Origin: an uncultured bacterium
GTDB taxonomy: Bacteria; Desulfobacterota_D; UBA1144; Nemesobacterales; UBA2774
Direction of reading: 5' to 3'
Length of the DNA stretch: 39,410 bases
NCBI GenBank assembly: GCA_902826595.1
Contig: CADEFK010000007.1
Location: 1 to 39,410, forward strand
Part shown: piece after piece, positions 17,304 through 25,519 of the stretch
How positions within the stretch are numbered: the first letter of the stretch is position 1
How the letters are laid out: each line of letters begins with the position of its first letter
The notes under the pieces: model-generated
The model's database searches: none
Seen by the model: only the letters and a program-made list of their open reading frames with translations
What the model was told of the DNA's origin: nothing
Made by a program: the position numbers and the translations under genes

Positions 17304-18437
17304 TTATAACTCTGCTAACAGCTTCTTCGGATACCTGGTCAGGTTAGCGCAGCCGTTCTTCTCCACGACTACGACGTCTTCGATCCTGACTCCGCCGGTT
17401 TTCTCGTAATAAAGCCCCGGCTCCACTGTCACCACGTTCCCCGTCTCGAGAACCTCGTCGCCGAGACTGATCCGGGGCGGCTCGTGGATCTCAAGCCCGA
17501 GACCGTGTCCCGTGGAATGTATGAAGCCCTGGGCCCTGCCCCCAATTATCCCGGTCTCGAACCCCCGGCTTCTGAAATAGTCCACTACCGCCGTGTGGAT
17601 GTCTTTTACCCTTACGCCCGCCTTTATCATGCCGCTCGCGAGCTTCTGGCCCCTGAGCACGGCGTCGTACATCTTGACGAGTTCCGGCGAGGGCTCGCCC
17701 CTGACGACGGTCCTCGTCATATCGCCGAAGTAGCCGCTCGCCTGAGACCTGGGGAATATGTCGATGACGACGGGCTTATGTGCGTATATCGGGCCTTCGC
17801 CCCTGTGATGCGGCATGGACGAGTGCGCCCCGCAAGCCACGATCGTGTGCGAGGCCGTCAGACCCTTTCTCGAGAGCCAGGAGTTTATCTCTCCCTTCAC
17901 CCCCTCAGACGTAAGCAGCCTGCCGTTTAAATAGAGCCTGTTCCCTCGAATCTCGGAAGATGCGATCATTTTTACCGCCAGGTCCATGGCCCTTACGGTT
18001 TCTTTCATGGCGTCCCTTATCATCCCGATTTCCCGGGGGGTCTTCCTGAGCCTTTCCTCAAAAAACGGCTCCTCGTCCCTAGGTATGACTTTGTAACCCC
18101 TCTCCCTCAGCCCGTCAGCGTATTTTACCGAGAACCTGCCGGGGACAACTACCGTTTTGATTTTCAGATCCCCGAGGACCAGATCAGCGACGTCAATGAG
18201 CTTCACCTTCTTGACCTTCCGAGCGAGCACTCTCTTCTGGTACTCGGTTAACGAGAGGACACGGTCGACGGTGGCCTCTTTCCTGCCCCTGTCTATTTCG
18301 AGGTCGCTCAACACGAGTATTTTCTTCCCCCTATGCTCTACATAGATGACCGGGTCGGGAACAAAAAAGCCGGTCCTGTAATATAGATCGGCGTTATCCT
18401 CGCTCGTGTCTATAATAAGATAATTATCTTGTTTCAT
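17304..18437 (-). CDS. M24-family Xaa-Pro aminopeptidase
   Basis: The creatinase-like N-domain is followed by the pita-bread metal-site motifs DIFPR..GYFGDMTRT, HSTGHGLGLEIHEPP and VTVEPGLY..GGVRIED. The chosen start is the ATG at 18437; an alternative TTG is at 18458. Confidence 0.88.
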   Translation of the reverse strand: MKQDNYLIIDTSEDNADLYYRTGFFVPDPVIYVEHRGKKILVLSDLEIDRGRKEATVDRVLSLTEYQKRVLARKVKKVKLIDVADLVLGDLKIKTVVVPGRFSVKYADGLRERGYKVIPRDEEPFFEERLRKTPREIGMIRDAMKETVRAMDLAVKMIASSEIRGNRLYLNGRLLTSEGVKGEINSWLSRKGLTASHTIVACGAHSSMPHHRGEGPIYAHKPVVIDIFPRSQASGYFGDMTRTVVRGEPSPELVKMYDAVLRGQKLASGMIKAGVRVKDIHTAVVDYFRSRGFETGIIGGRAQGFIHSTGHGLGLEIHEPPRISLGDEVLETGNVVTVEPGLYYEKTGGVRIEDVVVVEKNGCANLTRYPKKLLAEL

Positions 18438-18554
18438 CGAAATGACACTATACCCCAATGCTAATCCATATCAAGTCAATTAGAACGCTATGGCGGCCAT
18501 CGGAAGCGCATCGCCGGCGAATCGAATAAGCCCGATAAAAATCCTCCGGACGCG

Positions 18555-18563
18555 TGTTATAAT
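18555..18563 (+). promoter_or_regulatory. Candidate extended -10 promoter element (TGtTATAAT)
   Basis: An exact TGnTATAAT lies about 45 nt upstream of the ATG at 18608, inside a divergent intergenic region. No good -35 element was seen. Confidence 0.35.
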
Positions 18564-18607
18564 TAAGTGCGGCGAGAGGGGAATAAAATATAAATTGAAG
18601 AGGGGTT

Positions 18608-19072
18608 ATGATGAGCCACAAAAATACGGCCTTATTGCAGGCCCTTTTACTGATAATTTGTTTAACAACCGCAGGCGGGGTTGTCACCCTCGCTCAGAAC
18701 GGTGGGGAGGCCAAGACGATCTCTCTCGACCAGATTTGCGAGCTGTATCTCGACTATCCGATGACGGCGGATGAGTTGTATAGGGATAAGACTGTCAAAA
18801 CAACTGTCGAGGTTTCGGTCGTGAGGAAGATTCCTTTAATGTGCGCGGGATTCCCCGAAGGGAGCTTTACAATGGAAATCGTTACGAAGCACGGGCCGGT
18901 ACTCGAATGCTACTGCAACCCGCCGGCTTCCGTAAGCACTTTCGAGAATACGACTCAAGGGAGCAGCCTGACGGTCACAGGCACGTACAAGTCGATGTCG
19001 GGATCTTTCTCACAGAGCGACAGCGAGGAAGAGCAGTGTAAGGTAACAATGCATAACTGCAGCATTAAATAA
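18608..19072 (+). CDS. Secreted Cys-rich small protein, possibly an OB-fold (tRNA_anti-like) domain
   Basis: The start has GAGGGG as RBS. The signal-like N-terminus is ALLQALLLIICLTTAGG, and six further Cys follow. The pattern YRDKTVKTTVEVSVV resembles OB-fold lipoproteins. The assignment is weak. Confidence 0.45.
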   Translation: MMSHKNTALLQALLLIICLTTAGGVVTLAQNGGEAKTISLDQICELYLDYPMTADELYRDKTVKTTVEVSVVRKIPLMCAGFPEGSFTMEIVTKHGPVLECYCNPPASVSTFENTTQGSSLTVTGTYKSMSGSFSQSDSEEEQCKVTMHNCSIK

Positions 19073-19074
19073 CG

Positions 19075-19560
19075 ATGCAGACCGCGTTTAAATTTATATA
19101 TATTCTGTCGGTATCTTTCTGGATAGGGAGCATATTCTTCTTTTCGTTCTTCGCCGCCCCGAGCATTTTCAAAGTGCTCCCGAGGGAAACGGCCGGAAAC
19201 GTCGTATCGGATATATTCCCGAAATACTACCTCGTCGCATATATATGCGGGGGGGCCGCGGTCATTACCACGATACTTCTCCGGCTGATTTACGAGCATA
19301 AAGGAGGTATCTCGTTCGGTCTCAGGCTGGGCGCCCTGTTGATCATGCTGGCGCTCGCCGTCTACGCGGGGGAGGTCCTGAGGCCCAAAGCGGCCGAGGC
19401 CAGGGCGGAGATGAGGAGTCTTGCCGAGACTTCGCCTAACTATCCGGCATCACAGGACAAATTCAGAAAGCTGCACGCCCGCTCGGCTATAATCAATTCT
19501 GCAGTATTTGTATTGGGAATTGCCATATTGTATATCAATGCATATACTAATAAAGAGTAG
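19075..19560 (+). CDS. DUF4149 (TMEM205-like) membrane protein
   Basis: The product has four TM helices and the N-terminal motif FKFIYILSVSFWIGSIFFFSFFAAPSIFKVLPRETAGNVVSDIFPKYY. It starts 3 nt after the upstream stop. Confidence 0.6.
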   Translation: MQTAFKFIYILSVSFWIGSIFFFSFFAAPSIFKVLPRETAGNVVSDIFPKYYLVAYICGGAAVITTILLRLIYEHKGGISFGLRLGALLIMLALAVYAGEVLRPKAAEARAEMRSLAETSPNYPASQDKFRKLHARSAIINSAVFVLGIAILYINAYTNKE

Positions 19561-19590
19561 GTTCCAATTTTAAATGGGAGGCGGTTATTA

Positions 19591-19914
19591 ATGTTTAGCG
19601 TAACTGAAAAAGCTGCTGAAGAGATAAAGAAGCTGTTGTCGGAAGAGAATATTCCGAACGTGGTTTTGAGGGTCAGAGTCGTTCCGGGCGGGTGCTCCGG
19701 CTTTTCCTATGAGATGGGATTCGACGACGAGACCGAGGATTCGGACAAGCTGTTCGAAAACGGCGGTGTTAAGGTAGCTATAGACGAGCTCAGCATTTCG
19801 TACCTCGAAGGCTCGGTGCTCGATTATAAAGACGGGCTCAACGGGACGGGCTTTTCCATCAATAACCCTAATGCGAAGGGGTCCTGCGGCTGCGGGCAGT
19901 CCTTTAACGCATAA
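19591..19914 (+). CDS. erpA: A-type iron-sulfur cluster carrier (HesB/IscA/ErpA family)
   Basis: The 107-aa product contains VVPGGCSGFSY and C-terminal GSCGCGQSF. I cannot distinguish ErpA from IscA by eye. Confidence 0.85.
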   Translation: MFSVTEKAAEEIKKLLSEENIPNVVLRVRVVPGGCSGFSYEMGFDDETEDSDKLFENGGVKVAIDELSISYLEGSVLDYKDGLNGTGFSINNPNAKGSCGCGQSFNA

Positions 19915-19937
19915 ATTCAGAATCAGAGAACAAAATG

Positions 19938-19980
19938 ACGGCCGGGGAGAACGTGATTCCCTTCCGGCCGTTTTCTATTT
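19938..19980 (+). terminator. Rho-independent terminator after the Fe-S carrier gene
   Basis: The stem pairs ACGGCCGG (19938-19945) with CCGGCCGT (19964-19971), and TTTTCTATTT follows. Confidence 0.7.
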
Positions 19981-19984
19981 AATC

Positions 19985-20014
19985 TTCCCAATTAAAAACC
20001 TTTCAGGTTATAAT
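19985..20014 (+). promoter_or_regulatory. Candidate sigma70-type promoter for the LLM oxidoreductase gene
   Basis: TTCCCA (19985-19990) is separated by an 18-nt spacer from TATAAT (20009-20014). GGAGG lies 7 nt before the ATG at 20086. Confidence 0.35.
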
Positions 20015-20085
20015 AATCCGGATCGTCCGTGCCTGCTGTGACGGAGGCATAATTATAGCGGCGAATGTAACATGGAGGAACCATT

Positions 20086-21111
20086 ATGAAATTCGGGATA
20101 GGATATTTCAGCCTTCAATCTCCCCCCTTTAACCCGAGACCCCACAGAGAACTCTATGCGGAGATGCTCGACGAAATAAGCATGGCCGACCAGATGGGGT
20201 TCGATTCGGCCTGGCTTACCGAACACCATTTTCTAAATGACGGATATTGTCCGTCAGTCCTCGTAACCGCCGCCGCCATCGCCGCCAGAACAAAAAAAGT
20301 ACGCATAGGTACAGGGGTCCTTCTCATGCCGCTGCACGACCCGGTGCGCGTGGCAGAGGACGCCGCTGTCGTCGATCTCATATCCGACGGCAGGCTGATA
20401 CTCGGCATCGGGCTCGGTTACCGTCCGGAGGAATTCGGGGGATTCGGGAGATCGCTCAGCGAAAGGAGGGGGCGGATGGAGGAGAGCATCGAGATATTGA
20501 ACAAGAGCTGGGGCGAGGAGCCGTTCACCTTCGACGGAAAATACTATAAGCTCCAAGACATCAGCGTCACGCCCAAGCCTGTACAGAAGCCGATACCTAT
20601 ATGGATAGGGGCGTTTACAGAGCCCGCGATCAGGAGGGCGGCAAGGATAGGGGCGCCCCTCTATGTGCCCGCAATAGGCATAATACCAATCGTGAAATAT
20701 CTTTTCGATATGCATAGCTCGCTTCTCAAAGAGTACGGCAGGAATCCTGAAGATTTTGAAAAACCCCTGGTCAGGGAAATCTACATCTCCGATCATAAGA
20801 GCGATAAAATATGGGAAAAGATTAAAGAAAACGTCACCTATACGGCCAAGGGGTATGCGTCCTGGGGCTCCATGGTGGACCGCGCGGGGAACCTGCTTTC
20901 CGACCCGAACGACCCGGTCCTCTACGATATAGCGAGGGAGCAATCGATAATCGGCACGCCCGAAGAATGCATCGAGACGATCAAGCGTTACATGGACGAG
21001 CTGCCTGTGAATAACCTTATATGCCGTTTTAAATTCCCGGGGATAAGCCACGAAGAGGCCGTGAGATCAATGAAGCTATTCGTTGAAAAGGTGCTTCCGG
21101 CTGTTTCTTGA
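20086..21111 (+). CDS. Luciferase-like monooxygenase (LLM) class flavin/F420-dependent oxidoreductase
   Basis: The product contains FDSAWLTEHHF, RLILGIGLGYRPEEF and IPIWIGA. The length is 341 aa. Confidence 0.85.
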   Translation: MKFGIGYFSLQSPPFNPRPHRELYAEMLDEISMADQMGFDSAWLTEHHFLNDGYCPSVLVTAAAIAARTKKVRIGTGVLLMPLHDPVRVAEDAAVVDLISDGRLILGIGLGYRPEEFGGFGRSLSERRGRMEESIEILNKSWGEEPFTFDGKYYKLQDISVTPKPVQKPIPIWIGAFTEPAIRRAARIGAPLYVPAIGIIPIVKYLFDMHSSLLKEYGRNPEDFEKPLVREIYISDHKSDKIWEKIKENVTYTAKGYASWGSMVDRAGNLLSDPNDPVLYDIAREQSIIGTPEECIETIKRYMDELPVNNLICRFKFPGISHEEAVRSMKLFVEKVLPAVS

Positions 21112-21282
21112 CGCAGTGTCCGGTCCCGATGTGGACACGGCCGGCGCTCAAAATGCGGGTTTAGGAGCTGTTTGCCGTTTCCGCCTCACCTTGTATCCAA
21201 CCGGAATGTCAGTGGTTATAATATCTCCCTTTTGAGCGCAATACCGGGTAAATTGTTTCAATATCCACGGAGAACGAGATAA

Positions 21283-23100
21283 ATGAGCCGTCCTTCCAAA
21301 CTGACTTCGATACACGAGCAATCGAGATCGTACAGCAAGGTAAAATCGAAAGACATAATAGACTACGTTTATAGAGATTTCGTGCCCTACTATGAAATCC
21401 AGGATTTTCCCATGCAGATAACGGCGCCCTCAGGAACATTAATCGAGATAGTTGACGACCCTGCTGTAATTGTCGGGACCGCAGTGCTGAACAAAACAAA
21501 TAAGCGGGTCGCGGTCATAGCGCAGCAAATGCCGTCGGGCGATTCGGAGAGGACGAGGCTCAATTACGGGCTGGTGAAAGCGGACGGTTACGCTCTATCA
21601 TATAATATGATGTGCTACGCCGAGCAGAACGGCCTCATGCTCCATACGTATATCGACACGATAGGCGGGGACCCATTCGAATATTCCGCAGGTAAGCTGC
21701 AGTCGTGGCTAATATCCAATTGCCAGGCCAAGATGATCTCCCTCGGGACCAAATCAATATCTACGGTCATTGGCAGCGGTGGCAGCGGTGGCGCGATAGC
21801 TCTTCAGCTCGCGCATAAGAGATACATGCTCGCGCGCGCCGAATACTCGGTAATAACAGCGGAAGGGTGCTCGGCAATCCTTTTCAGGAGCGCCGACAAG
21901 ATCGAAGATGCCCTAGAGGTGCTCCAGCCGACTTCCGACTTCATGCTGAAGTACGGAATCGTGGACAAAGTCATAAAGGAACCCTCGCTCGACAGCTCGG
22001 CTTACAAAAGGAAGGTCCTTATTAATATCGAGAAAATGCTGCTTGCCGGGACGGATGAGCTGGAGAAGTCCGATATGAGGTACCTGCGCAACAACCTTGT
22101 GAATAAGATTCAGGAATGCGGAGAGGTGGAAAAACGGGAGCACACCTACCACGCCATCACGAAGAAAATCAAGAGCTGGCTCCCTCATTATTCCTTTTCC
22201 AGAACCACGACACCCGAGGTGTCCCATATGCAGATCGCGCTTTACGGAGCCGAACCCCACTTCTGCAACGACGAAAAGGACCAGGAGGGCAAGGTCGTGC
22301 GGGCCGGGTGCCGCAAGCACTTTGCCAAAGAGGAATTTCAGAAGAACTACTACGCATGCCCCTATTGCGAGAAGCCGAACCCCATAGGTTCTCACGACTA
22401 CCTCAACCTGCTGCTCAACAGCGACTCCTTCCACGAACTCCATTCGGACTTGAGCGTCGACGATATCGATTCGAGGTTCAACTTCCACGACTACAGCGAA
22501 ACGCGCAGGAAAAACGCGGGCCGTATCGAGTCGAAAGACTCTCTCGTAGTCGGGTACGGCGAGATATTCGAGCTCCCAGTCGCGGTCGCCGTAAGCGAGT
22601 TCAGGTTCATGGGCGGTTCGATGGGGGCTGTTTTCGGCGAGAAGATGAAGCTCATTGCGGATTACGCGATAAGGGAAAACCTGCCTCTAATATGCGTAAC
22701 CGCGTCGGGCGGGGCCAGGATGCAGGAAGGAACCGTCGCCCTTTACCAGATGGCGAAGACGATCTCGGCCATCCTGAAGTTGAAGGAAGCGGGCCTGCCT
22801 TTTATATCCGTACTCGGCCACCCGACCACGGGCGGAGCGCTTGCGAGCTACGCTGTTCAGGGGGATTTCATCATATCCGAGAGGAAGGCGACGATCGCTT
22901 TTGCGGGGGACAGGGTAGTCAAGCTGACGAGCGGCGGAAGGGGGGTGGACCCCGGCACAATGACTTCGGAGTTCTTCTCGAAAAAGGGCGGCATCCACCT
23001 TGTGACCGAGCGCAGCCAGCTTAAATCGTCCATCTCGGGCGTGCTTAGACTCACACCATGGCACAGCGGGCTGAAAAGAGAGCAATCCCCGGCGGATTGA
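21283..23100 (+). CDS. Fused carboxyltransferase: AccA-like (alpha) N-terminal half plus AccD-like (beta) C-terminal half
   Basis: Residues about 22-275 align with AccA (DGYALSYNMM..YIDTIGGDP..VIGSGGSGGAIAL..YSVITAEGCSAILF..IVDKVIKEP). Residues about 320-590 align with AccD (CPYCEK.., FRFMGGSMGAV, ASGGARMQEG, YQMAKT, GLPFISVLGHPTTGGALASY, IAFAGDRVV). Confidence 0.85.
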   Translation: MSRPSKLTSIHEQSRSYSKVKSKDIIDYVYRDFVPYYEIQDFPMQITAPSGTLIEIVDDPAVIVGTAVLNKTNKRVAVIAQQMPSGDSERTRLNYGLVKADGYALSYNMMCYAEQNGLMLHTYIDTIGGDPFEYSAGKLQSWLISNCQAKMISLGTKSISTVIGSGGSGGAIALQLAHKRYMLARAEYSVITAEGCSAILFRSADKIEDALEVLQPTSDFMLKYGIVDKVIKEPSLDSSAYKRKVLINIEKMLLAGTDELEKSDMRYLRNNLVNKIQECGEVEKREHTYHAITKKIKSWLPHYSFSRTTTPEVSHMQIALYGAEPHFCNDEKDQEGKVVRAGCRKHFAKEEFQKNYYACPYCEKPNPIGSHDYLNLLLNSDSFHELHSDLSVDDIDSRFNFHDYSETRRKNAGRIESKDSLVVGYGEIFELPVAVAVSEFRFMGGSMGAVFGEKMKLIADYAIRENLPLICVTASGGARMQEGTVALYQMAKTISAILKLKEAGLPFISVLGHPTTGGALASYAVQGDFIISERKATIAFAGDRVVKLTSGGRGVDPGTMTSEFFSKKGGIHLVTERSQLKSSISGVLRLTPWHSGLKREQSPAD

Positions 23101-23163
23101 GCCGCATCGACCGGGACGCCCGGCTGTAATAGCGGCCTTTTCGAGAAGATAAGCAAGATAAAT

Positions 23164-25047
23164 ATGAACCGCGACTCCGTGACCGAAGACAGGATTAACG
23201 ATAAAAAGGCGGTAATAATAGGGGCCGGCCCGGCCGGTCTCACGGCCGCCTACGAGCTTTCCAAGGCCGGGATAAAATCGGCAGTGATCGAAAAAGACAG
23301 CGTCGTCGGAGGGCTGGCCAGAACAGTCAATTACCGGGGCTACCGCTTCGATATAGGGGGGCACCGCTTCTTCACCAAGGTGCGCGCCGTCGAGAACATG
23401 TGGCGGGAGGTGCTCGGGAGTGATTTTCTCAAAAGACAGAGACTCTCGCGGATATACTACAACAAGAGGTTCTTTTATTACCCTTTCCGCGTTACTAACG
23501 CGCTTTTCGGTCTCGGAGTCTGGAACAGTCTACTTATCGCAGTGAGCTATCTGAAAGCACAGCTGTCTCCGGAGCTGCCGGAGGATACGTTCGACAAATG
23601 GGTCTCGAACCGCTTCGGAAGTCGTCTTTACGGTCTCTTTTTCAAGACATATACTGAAAAGGTATGGGGCATACCGTGCAGCCAGATAAGCGCCGAATGG
23701 GCCGCACAGAGGATAAAGGGGCTCTCCCTCATGCAGGCCCTCAAAAACGCCCTGCTCAAGGATAACGGCTCTGACAAGAAAGAGACCATAAAGACACTCA
23801 TAGACAGCTTCGATTACCCCAGGCTCGGGCCTGGCATGATGTGGGAAGCCGTGGCCGAGATAATCACCCGGGATGGAAACGAGTTGTTGCTGAATTCGGA
23901 CGTAACAAAAATCCACATAGGTGACGGCAGGGTGGAAAAGGTCGAAATTAACGGGAACGGAGCGGTCGGGTTCGTCCACGGGACAGACTTTATAAGCACC
24001 ATGCCGATAAGGGAGCTGGTAGGGAAGCTCGATCCCGCGCCGCCGGAGGAAGTCATTAATGCGGCCGCCCGCCTTAACTACAGGGATTTCCTTACCGTTT
24101 CCCTCGTGATAGACCAGCCCGACGTCTTTCCCGACAACTGGATATACATACACGAACCCGGCGTAAAACTGGGCAGGATACAGAACTTCAAGAACTGGAG
24201 CGGGGACATGGTGCCGGACCCGGCAAAAACCTGTCTCGGGCTTGAGTACTTTTGCTTTGAGGGCGACGGGCTATGGTCGATGGGCGACCGTGAGCTGATA
24301 GAGTTCGCCAAGAATGAGCTCGAAGAGATGAGACTCGTAAACACATCGCTCGTCGTGGACGGCTCGGTTGTGCGGATGCCGAAAGCCTACCCAGTTTACG
24401 ACTCGGGCTACCGGGAGTCCCTGAGGATCATACGCGAGTACCTGGATGGTATTAGTAATTTACAGCTCGTCGGACGTAACGGTATGCATAAATACAACAA
24501 TCAGGACCATTCCATGCTGACGGCGATGCTCGCCGCGAAGAACATCCTCGGCGCCCACTACGACCTATGGAAGGTAAACGCCGAGCAGGAATACCACGAA
24601 GAAGCCGCAGAGACAGGGGAAGAAGACCTTTACGGCTTTCGAGACCTCGCCGGGACGCAGCCGCTCGTGCCCGAACCCGCGGCCATGCGAAGGCCCTCGG
24701 CTACGGACGAGGCGATTATAAAGGCCTTTGCGCGAATGGACAAGCTCGCATTCGCCGTTTCCGTGGGAACAGTTTCCGGCCTGGGGGTCTTCCTTGCCAC
24801 GCTCGCGCTCATATTGAAAGGCGGGCATGTCGTGGGCCCTACCCTCAGCCTCCTCGGTCAATACTTCGCCGGTTACTCGGTAACGCTGGAGGGCGCTGTC
24901 ATAGGGTTCGGGTACTCATTCCTGTGGGGGTTCCTGTTCGGGTGGCTTTTCGCCTACTTAAGAAACTTCCTGACGGGTATTTATGTCTTCAGGATCAGCA
25001 AGGAGAGAGAATTCTCGACTTTTAAGAATTTTATCGATTATATTTAA
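23164..25047 (+). CDS. UDP-galactopyranose-mutase-like / amine-oxidase-superfamily FAD oxidoreductase with a C-terminal 2-TM membrane domain
   Basis: The dinucleotide fold is VIIGAGPAGLTAAYEL..EKDSVVGG. Other motifs are YRFDIGGHRFF, FFKTYTEKVWG (compare E. coli Glf GYTEKQWG) and GRNGMHKYNNQDHS. Residues about 525-627 are hydrophobic and form two TM helices. Confidence 0.8.
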   Translation: MNRDSVTEDRINDKKAVIIGAGPAGLTAAYELSKAGIKSAVIEKDSVVGGLARTVNYRGYRFDIGGHRFFTKVRAVENMWREVLGSDFLKRQRLSRIYYNKRFFYYPFRVTNALFGLGVWNSLLIAVSYLKAQLSPELPEDTFDKWVSNRFGSRLYGLFFKTYTEKVWGIPCSQISAEWAAQRIKGLSLMQALKNALLKDNGSDKKETIKTLIDSFDYPRLGPGMMWEAVAEIITRDGNELLLNSDVTKIHIGDGRVEKVEINGNGAVGFVHGTDFISTMPIRELVGKLDPAPPEEVINAAARLNYRDFLTVSLVIDQPDVFPDNWIYIHEPGVKLGRIQNFKNWSGDMVPDPAKTCLGLEYFCFEGDGLWSMGDRELIEFAKNELEEMRLVNTSLVVDGSVVRMPKAYPVYDSGYRESLRIIREYLDGISNLQLVGRNGMHKYNNQDHSMLTAMLAAKNILGAHYDLWKVNAEQEYHEEAAETGEEDLYGFRDLAGTQPLVPEPAAMRRPSATDEAIIKAFARMDKLAFAVSVGTVSGLGVFLATLALILKGGHVVGPTLSLLGQYFAGYSVTLEGAVIGFGYSFLWGFLFGWLFAYLRNFLTGIYVFRISKEREFSTFKNFIDYI

Positions 25048-25058
25048 TAGTCAGTCTA

Positions 25059-25388
25059 ATGAACAGAGACAGAGAAGAAGAGAAAGTCCTTCAGGCAGTG
25101 GCTTTACTGAACGCGAAGGTGCTGGGATTAATACTCGGTATAATTATCGGGCTTGTAATTTTCATAGCTACGAACTGGCTTCTGCTGAAAGGACCTCAGC
25201 CCGGCCCTTCGGGGGAGTACGTTTTGGGCCCTCACATGGAGCTCCTGAGTCAGTTTTTTATCGGTTACAGGGTATCGTTCTGGGGAAGCATCATCGGGTT
25301 TATATACGGATTCGCAGTCGGCACGATAGGGGGCGCCCTAATAGGCTGGATATATAACCGAATCGTTCTTTTGAGGCAGAGATACTAA
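25059..25388 (+). CDS. Small 2-TM membrane protein, paralog of the C-terminal tail of the upstream flavoprotein
   Basis: The 109-aa product shares FIAT..LLLKG..LGP..LLSQFFIGYRVSF.GSIIGFIYGF...IYN with FLAT..LILKG..VGP..LLGQYFAGYSVTL.GAVIGFGYSF...YLRN in the upstream protein. Confidence 0.7.
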   Translation: MNRDREEEKVLQAVALLNAKVLGLILGIIIGLVIFIATNWLLLKGPQPGPSGEYVLGPHMELLSQFFIGYRVSFWGSIIGFIYGFAVGTIGGALIGWIYNRIVLLRQRY

Positions 25389-25519
25389 CGGCGCATAGCG
25401 CAGATCGTCAATAGCGACCCGACCGCCGCCAACCCACTGAAAACTGTTACAACTGTAAGGAATTCGAGTAAAATATCATTCCACCGGGGCAAGGATCACA
25501 GCAAGCAGGGTATGAAGAG

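Noticed and set aside
20254-21051. A 265-aa antisense ORF lies inside the LLM oxidoreductase gene. Similar cases are 26510-27184 and 27342-28004 (minus strand), and the Arg-rich alternative-frame ORFs at 2881-3492 and 22116-23024.
   Set aside because: All overlap genes with strong family motifs in another frame or strand. Their translations are compositionally skewed (Arg/Pro/Gly-rich) and lack start-site signals.
21112-21282. A hairpin GTGTCC..GGACAC (about 21116-21138) and a GGTTATAAT box (21214-21222) lie upstream of the fused carboxyltransferase and might be a terminator/promoter pair.
   Set aside because: The hairpin has no U-tract, and the -10 box has no acceptably spaced -35 (TTGTAT lies 20 nt away). 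The pair is plausible but too weak to annotate as features.
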